NCBI RefSeq assembly: GCF_964204645.1
Contig: NW_027437484.1
Span: 1-49,000 of the forward strand
Direction of reading: 5' to 3'
DNA length: 49,000 nucleotides
DNA from: Tubulanus polymorphus
Lineage: Eukaryota > Animalia > Nemertea
Positions 37,401 through 49,000 of this stretch are shown piece by piece. Each line of letters opens with the position of its first letter. Position 1 is the first letter of the stretch. The notes beneath the pieces are model-generated. The model saw nothing but the letters and a program-made list of their open reading frames with translations, was not told where the DNA came from and made no database searches. The position numbers and the translations under genes were made by a program.

Positions 37401-38739
37401 TCCACAGTTCATCATACTCCGTTCCACAGTTCATCATACTCCGTTCCACAGTTCATCATACTCCGTTCCACAGTTCATCATACTCCGTTCCACAGTTCAT
37501 CATACTCCGTTCCACAGTTCATCATACTCCGTTCCACAGTTCATCATACTCCGTTCCACAGTTCATCATAGTCCGTTCCACAGTTCATCATACTCCGTTC
37601 CACAGTTCATCATAGTCCGTTCCACAGTTCATCATACTCCGTTCCACAGTTCATCATACTCCGTTCCACAGTTCATCATACTCCGTTCCACAGTTCATCA
37701 TACTCCGTTCCACAGTTCATCATACTCCGTTCCACAGTTCATCATACTCCGTTCCACAGTTCATCATACTCCGTTCCACAGTTCATCATAGTCCGTTCCA
37801 CAGTTCATCATACTCCGTTCCACAGTTCATCATACTCCGTTCCACAGTTCATCATACTCCGTTCCACAATTCATCATACTCCGTTCTACAGTTCATCATA
37901 CTCCGTTCCACAGTTCATCATACTCCAGTGTAGAATGTGCTGAACATAGTTCCACAGTTCAGTACCTAGTTCCACAGTTCCACAGTTCAGGATCTGGTTC
38001 CACACTACAGGACCTGGTTCCATTGTTCCACAGTTGTGGACTGTGGAGTTAGGTCCTGGACTGCTGAACTGTGTAAACAAACAAACATGATGAGTTCAGT
38101 TCAGAAAGTGTCAAACATGATATATTTATATATTTGTATAGGAGGATCGTCCCCTGGCATATACGACGACCCCCGACCCGATACCTATTGATTTATTCAT
38201 ACAACAAGCCGTCATTAGACGAACGGATGATGGATTATTCACTATCGAAGGTAACACTATATTCCATCCGTCTGCCTGTTACCATAGCGACTTACTGTCA
38301 TTACCGCTCGTGTTGTTATTATTTTGCAGCTGCCTCCGATGTTTCGACCAATCAAAACGATCGTCTCACGAGGTCGGCGAGTTTATCCAGCAACAATACC
38401 GAGGTGCTGCCACCTATAACGTGCGACGGGACGGCGTCAGCGGTGGCTCCACCTGTGAATGAGGAACTGAAACGTGAACTGGAGCGAGTGAGGAGTGAGA
38501 ACGTTGAGATGAGAACTCGTTTAGAACTATTAGAACGTTATCATTCACTCGTTGATAGTTGCGTAGCAGACGGATTGACGTCTGATATTATACTGGAACG
38601 GTGCCAGAATTACGATAAAATATCGGTTGAAAACGCGTCGTTAAGGGAACAATTAGAATCGTTACGCGACGATAAACAATCGTTAATGTCTGCGTTACAT
38701 TTACTACAGGATGAACTCATCCAATCAAAACACAAATAG
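28418..38739 (+). CDS. BLTP3B: Bridge-like lipid transfer protein family member 3 (UHRF1BP1/UHRF1BP1L/SHIP164 homolog), multi-exon
   Basis: Exons 28418-28461 and 28821-28983 give MAGLIKNQILKHLSKFTKNLSPDKIKLSTLKGEGDLTNLELDEE (chorein-N). Later exons include LDDLLWVLTDSQLKA, IDHYPYH and QIDHYQFIFLMRL. The last exon encodes a coiled coil ending at TAG 38739. Probably the single invertebrate ortholog of vertebrate BLTP3A/B. Confidence 0.95.
30266..30377. mobile_element. MITE-like element
   Basis: Imperfect terminal inverted repeats AGGGCCAGTTGTA and TACAACCAGCCCCT, related to the termini at 18761-18879. Confidence 0.5.
31428..32950. repeat. 20-21-bp minisatellite (CCCCACAGTGAACCACCCCTA / CCCCACAGTGAACCACACCT), ~1.5 kb
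   Basis: Direct tandem units starting immediately after a BLTP3 donor site. Confidence 0.97.
37278..37925. repeat. 22-bp minisatellite (TACTCCGTTCCACAGTTCATCA), ~29 copies
   Basis: Direct tandem units; GTTCCACAGTT core. Confidence 0.96.
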
Positions 38740-39576
38740 ACACGTCAGCGTCGTCGTAGTGATATATACAACAATAGCGACAGTTTGTGATAGTTTATTA
38801 TATCCTATTGTTGGTAATTGTTATATTTTTTTAAGTCGACACATGCTGTGGTAAGTGAGGTTTTTAGATGTCAATCAATCATCAGTTTTTAGTGAGAATC
38901 AATGTGTACACACAATAAACATATAGAAAACCTGACTGATAGTGGGGTGGGGCTAGCTAAGGGGCAGGGCTAGCTAAGGGGTGGGGCTAGCTAAGGGGCG
39001 GGGCTAGCTAAGGGGTGGGGCTAGCTAAGCGGTCAGGCTTGCTATAGTAAGAGGTGGGGCTTGCTATTATCGAAGGGTGGGGCTATCTGGGAAGATTGAA
39101 GAGACGGGGCCTGTCAGGCAGGGGGAGGTAAGGTAGTTATAGATTTCACATACTCTCCACATAAACTAGTCATTGAATTGTTGTATGTGTAACTATAGTA
39201 ACCATTTATTGTTCGCTGCTTCATTCCAACGCTTGGTTATCGATGACTGTCTCAATAGGTGGCGCCACTGATTGTTTTGTTAATTTTGATTATAACCTAT
39301 GATGTATTGTTTTATTTTATACTCCTGGCCTCTTTCTCTCTTCTCTCTCTGAATAAACCAACAAAACCAGTTCTCTTACCATCCGATTATATGCATGATT
39401 ATTATTATTTCTCTTATGTTTTATTTTATTGATTTTGTTCGGTTGATAAATCAATAAATCATTTACATTCAAATATCTTTTTTATTACTGTCAATCACAG
39501 GAGGAGCTGAATAATGGGTGGAGCTTATATCACTGACAGGAAGAGCTTGTATCAAAGACTATGTACCTGGTCTATT

Positions 39577-41112
39577 GGTACTGATTCAGAGTGGTCCTGA
39601 TGCTGAATAGAGGATGTTCAGGTGTATCCCGGGTTCGAACTCAGTTATTACTGACACTGATTCAGCGTGGTCCTGATGCTGAATAGAGGGTGTACAGGGG
39701 TGTGTCCCGGGTTCGAACCCAGTTAATTACTAACACTGATTCAGAGTGATTCCTGCTGCTGAATAGAGGATGTACAGGGTGACCTACGAGGAGAGGCTAT
39801 AAAGATTTCTAACGTCATCGCCATCTATTGGAATTTGTCGGAACTGACTAGATAGCTCTCACTGGTCTCACTGAGTCTTCTTTAATCCGTTAAAATCACA
39901 CTCACCATCTGGTGGATAAAACCATCATTAAACTGTAGTAGCATAGAAATCCACCAGATGGCGAGTGTGATTTCAACCCACTGAAGAAGACTCGGTGAGA
40001 CCAGTAAGAGCTATCTAGTGAGTTCATCCAAAATCCAATAGATGGCGATCATAGCATCATTATTAAACTAAGCGGATGTTCTGAGCGGTCCTGATGCTGA
40101 ATAGAGGATGTACAGGGGTGTCCCGGGTTCGAACCCAGTAATTACTGATACTGATTCAGAGCGGTCCTGATGCTGAATAGAGGATGTACAGAGGGTGTCC
40201 CGGGTTCGAACCCAGTAATTACTGATACTGATTCAGAGCGGTCCTGATGCTGAATAGAGGATGTACAGGGGTGTCCCGGGTTCGAACCCAGTAATTACTG
40301 ATACTGATTCAGAGCGGTCCTGATGCTGAATAGAGGATGTACAGGGGTGTTCCGGGCTCAAACCTAGCAATTACTGATACTAATTCAGAGCAGTGCTGAT
40401 GCTGAATAGAGGATGTACAGAGGGTGTCCCAGGTTCGAACCCAGTGATTACTGACTGATTCAGAGTGGTCCTGATGCTGAATAGAGGATGTACAGGGGTT
40501 TCCCTGGTTCGAACCCAGTAATTATACTGATACTGGTTCAGAGTGGTTCCTGATGCTGAATAGAGGATGTACAGGGTGCCCGACGAAAGGATATCAAGAT
40601 TTCTAACGTGATCGCCATCTATTGGAATTTGTCAGAACTGACTAGATAGCTCTTACTGGTCTCACTGACTCTTCTTTAATCGGTTAAAATCACACTCGCC
40701 ACCTGGTGGATAAAACCATCATTAGACTGTAGAAGCATAGAAATCCACCAGATGGCGAGTGTGATTTCAACGCATTAAAGAAGACTCAGTGAGACCAGTA
40801 AGAGCTATCTAGTCGGTTCAGCCAAAATCCAATAGATGGCGATCATAGCAAGATTATTAAACTAAGCGGATGTCCCGGGTTCGAACCCAGTAATTACTGA
40901 TACTGATTCAGAGCGGTCCTGATGCTGAATAGAGGATGTACAGGGGTGTCCCGGGTTCGAACCCAGTTAATTACTGACTATGCTGATTCAGAGTGGTCCT
41001 GATGCTGAATAGAGGATGTACAGGGGTGTCCCGGGTTCGATCCCAGTAATTACTGATACTGATTCAGAGCGATCCTGATGCTGAATTGAGGATGTACAGG
41101 GATTCGAACCAA
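39577..41112 (+). repeat. ~76-bp tRNA-derived satellite array interrupted by two ~235-bp palindromes
   Basis: Unit TACTGATTCAGAGCGGTCCTGATGCTGAATAGAGGATGTACAGGGGTGTCCCGGGTTCGAACCCAGTAAT. Palindromes at 39817-40049 and 40609-40845. Fills the gap between the convergent BLTP3 and RIC3 3' ends. Confidence 0.92.
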
Positions 41113-41720
41113 CTGTTCTTGAATGAATATAAGAAGAACTCCAATCAGTTTTTTTGAAAACTTGCAGCAATTTCATTTATTTCACAGTTTATAAAACATT
41201 GATTATTATTTATATAAGTAAGACTAGAACCAGTTCATCAGCCATCTAACCCCCCTCACCTCCCACTCCCCTCACTTCCCACTCCATACACTAACACTCA
41301 GTAACATTCAGTATAATATTTGTAACTAACACAATTGTTTACATTTTCATACATTTTTTATTTCTGACAGGAATTTCATAAAATAAAACTTAAAAACTTA
41401 TTTTGTGGATGTAAAAAATCCAAACGTTTCCTTTGAAAATAAATAAACAAGAAACATTCAGCAAAAAACACAGAAATCTGATAGCCAGAAGCACGATTAC
41501 AGTTAATTCTAGCGATATAACAGTCAGTCCTAGCGAGATTACGGTAAATCCTGGCGAGATTACAGTCAGTCCTAGCGAGATTACGGTAAATCCAATCAAG
41601 ATTACGGGAAATCCAATCAAGATTACGGTAAATCCAATCAAGATTATGGTAAATCCTAGCGTCTACCAACATTACAGTCATTCCAATTGAAATTACAGTA
41701 AATTGTAGCAGGATAATATA

Positions 41721-43257
41721 TTATGATGTAATATTTGTCCGTTGTCGTAAACCGGAGTCTATATGATTATTATCCACTGATGCTGCTGATATTGTTTCCA
41801 CGGTAACTGACTCTTCCTCCTCATCCTCATCTATGAGGGGTTCTAGTTTTTCAGCCACAGTTTCCAAGTGATGTTGAATATTTTTCAATGTGAGTAAATC
41901 GTTCGAAATAGCCGGATCACTGCTGTTCACGTCGTATTCATCCGCGCTGTTACTCGGGCTGCTTTCGTCGGAATAATCGTCGCTATGGTAACAGTCGTCG
42001 TCATCCGGGTTCGATTTCTAAAAAAATGTCATTAAAATCGATTTCTACATAAAATCAATAAAACGAATTCTAGAAAAGGTTTGCAGAGAAACATACCGGC
42101 GATTGCTCCTGATTACCACCACCAGATGGAGTCGCTGTAGTTTCATTATCGCTCTGTTTCTCGTCACAAGGTGGCGAAGTAGTCGCTGTATGTTCATCAT
42201 TCTGATTATCTCCACTAGATGGCGTTACGGTGGTACGTTGTTTAACGGTTTCCATGGCGGCTAGAATTCTCTGCATCTGAGTTTCAGTCTCTTCGAGTCG
42301 TTTACGTAATAAAGTCATTTCCATATCAGCGATTTCTCTCTGTGGATCTCGACTAGGTTTATCCCCACTCGCCGCAGCTGTAGGTGCATTCACGTCACTC
42401 TTTTTATCGGAATCACTTTTTACAAAAACCTGAAACAAACAAACAACAAAAATCTCTACAATTCTATAACCTGGAAATCACAGTTTCACAGTAACACTGC
42501 AACTAAATCACAAACTGGTCAATGAAACTGGTCAATTAATTCTGGTCAATGTAACTGGTCAAATAAGCCTGATAGAGTAGAAATATTTACCTTAGACATG
42601 GTATAAACGAGGTATACAATTATACCAACAGCGTAAAGAGGTAACATATAACCGATCATACCTCTACCAGAACCCTGCTGCACCTGAGCTGCAGCTGCTT
42701 GTTTCCTCATCTCAGCTGCAGCACGCATCCCTGGATGAACTCCTGGCTGGAAAATACAATTACATTGTTACAGCTACTGATCCTTAACTTACCTATTATT
42801 CTGATGCCGAAATCGGTGCAAATCACCTCCTCATACTCTGTGAGTGTCTCTTAACAAAATAATTTGAAAGCAAATATTTCAATAATTTCTGAAAGTCGAC
42901 ATAGACCCCTTTAAAACAAAAATATCCCTTTAAAATATCCTTACAAGTTACAGACTTACCCGAGCGTATGGTGGACTCGCTTTAGGCGAGTTCATTCGTT
43001 CTCTCGGGTGCAATCGAGGATGTAATCCATCATCTACAATAAAACAGACACTGAACGGTTTAAATACAGACTACACAGTCTAACCCGGAAGTGATCGATT
43101 ATATTCAATATTTACCGTGTAAATTCTTCGATTTCGATTTGAACCCGAAACCGAATATTTGTAAAATCATCGGGTGAAATATTTTCGGATAAAGAACGGC
43201 GAAACAGCCGAACATTATCACAAAAACAGCAACCGTCTTCACTGTTGTCATCTCCAT
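41721..43257 (-). CDS. RIC3: Resistance to inhibitors of cholinesterase protein 3 (nicotinic receptor chaperone), five coding exons
   Basis: MEMTTVKTVAVFVIMFGCFAVLYPKIFHPMI, then GSGRGMIGYMLPLYAVGIIVYLVYTMSK (TM), the coiled coil EMTLLRKRLEETETQMQRIL and an acidic tail ending GLRQRTNITS. Splice phases are consistent where checked (42097/42017). Confidence 0.92.
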
Positions 43258-44054
43258 TTTAAATCAATTCAATTCAACTGAATTTTATTCGTAGTTTAAA
43301 AAACGTTTAAGTTGTAATTTATTCTTTAAACGTTTCGCAGAAACTGTTAGAAATAAACTTAAAATTCTCATTCATGTTAACAAAGCACTACCATATAACA
43401 TATTTGTGGCGATTTACTGTTTTACCGCAGCGATTTTAACCGTCTAGTGCTGCCCCTATGTTTAACGATAGCGGAAAGAATGGGAACTAGTATAGTACTC
43501 GCTTGCCAGAGTCTTCGAACGACTGAAGTGGACAAACTATTTACCGATTTGCGGGCCGGATTCCCGGAAAAAATTCTCAGAATCTAAAAAACAGCACCGA
43601 AACTGCTTAAACTGACAATTTGTCTAAACAAGAATTAGTTTTAAAAGAGTAAATTTGTGTCTGGGTATTTTTGGCGGGTGTCTAGTTAATATTTATCTCG
43701 CAAAGAATCCTGTCGATATTCTGCTGTGTGCTTCACTTTTGACAAACACCGACTCAATCCAATACTGTATAACATTTTTCAGAACCTTATCAGACCAGCT
43801 GTAAACCACAACCGAAGTTTTATTTCAGGAATTTAATTATATATTTAAATTATACACATAGTTTAATTACAATTTATACATATAAACACAACACTACAAT
43901 TGATGACACTTGGCTTTCCAACCTCCCACTCTCACCCCTCTCGCTGCCCTCACCCCTCTCCCTACCCTCACCCCTCTCTCTGCCCTCACCCCTCTCTCTG
44001 CTCTCTCCTGTCACACTCTCATCTCACAGTTTTGCCACGCAGTGTTATGGTGTT

Positions 44055-48991
<4,937 letters not shown>

Positions 48992-49000
48992 CTGTAAATA

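Noticed and set aside
4822-43257. Functional neural gene cluster (neuropeptide plus RIC3)
   Set aside because: The genes are ~36 kb apart and separated by unrelated housekeeping genes; there is no evidence of co-regulation.

Overview
Gene-dense, repeat-rich eukaryotic DNA from an invertebrate animal (probably a spiralian; the taxon is inferred only), with GT-AG introns. Eight protein-coding loci: (1) a multi-copy amidated neuropeptide precursor (4822-5406, +) predicted to release [A/P]ALamide peptides; (2) a two-coding-exon ~821-aa gene (7721-10305, -) with an IFIT/TTC22-like TPR N-terminus and a C-terminal TIR domain, whose upstream region carries a TATA box, tandem NF-kB sites and IRF-like sites; (3) CTR9 (-); (4,5) two tandem single-coding-exon MS4A/CD20-like four-TM paralogs (+); (6) BLTP3/UHRF1BP1-like (+); (7) RIC3 (-); (8) 5'-truncated CNOT11 (-). 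Introns and spacers hold many minisatellites, several apparently seeded by one MITE family. There is also a tRNA-derived ~76-bp satellite carrying a long palindrome with four CTCF-like motifs, and a minimal hammerhead ribozyme candidate. The best leads are the putatively inducible TPR-TIR immune gene and the ALamide neuropeptide. All homology calls come from recalled family sequences, not database searches.
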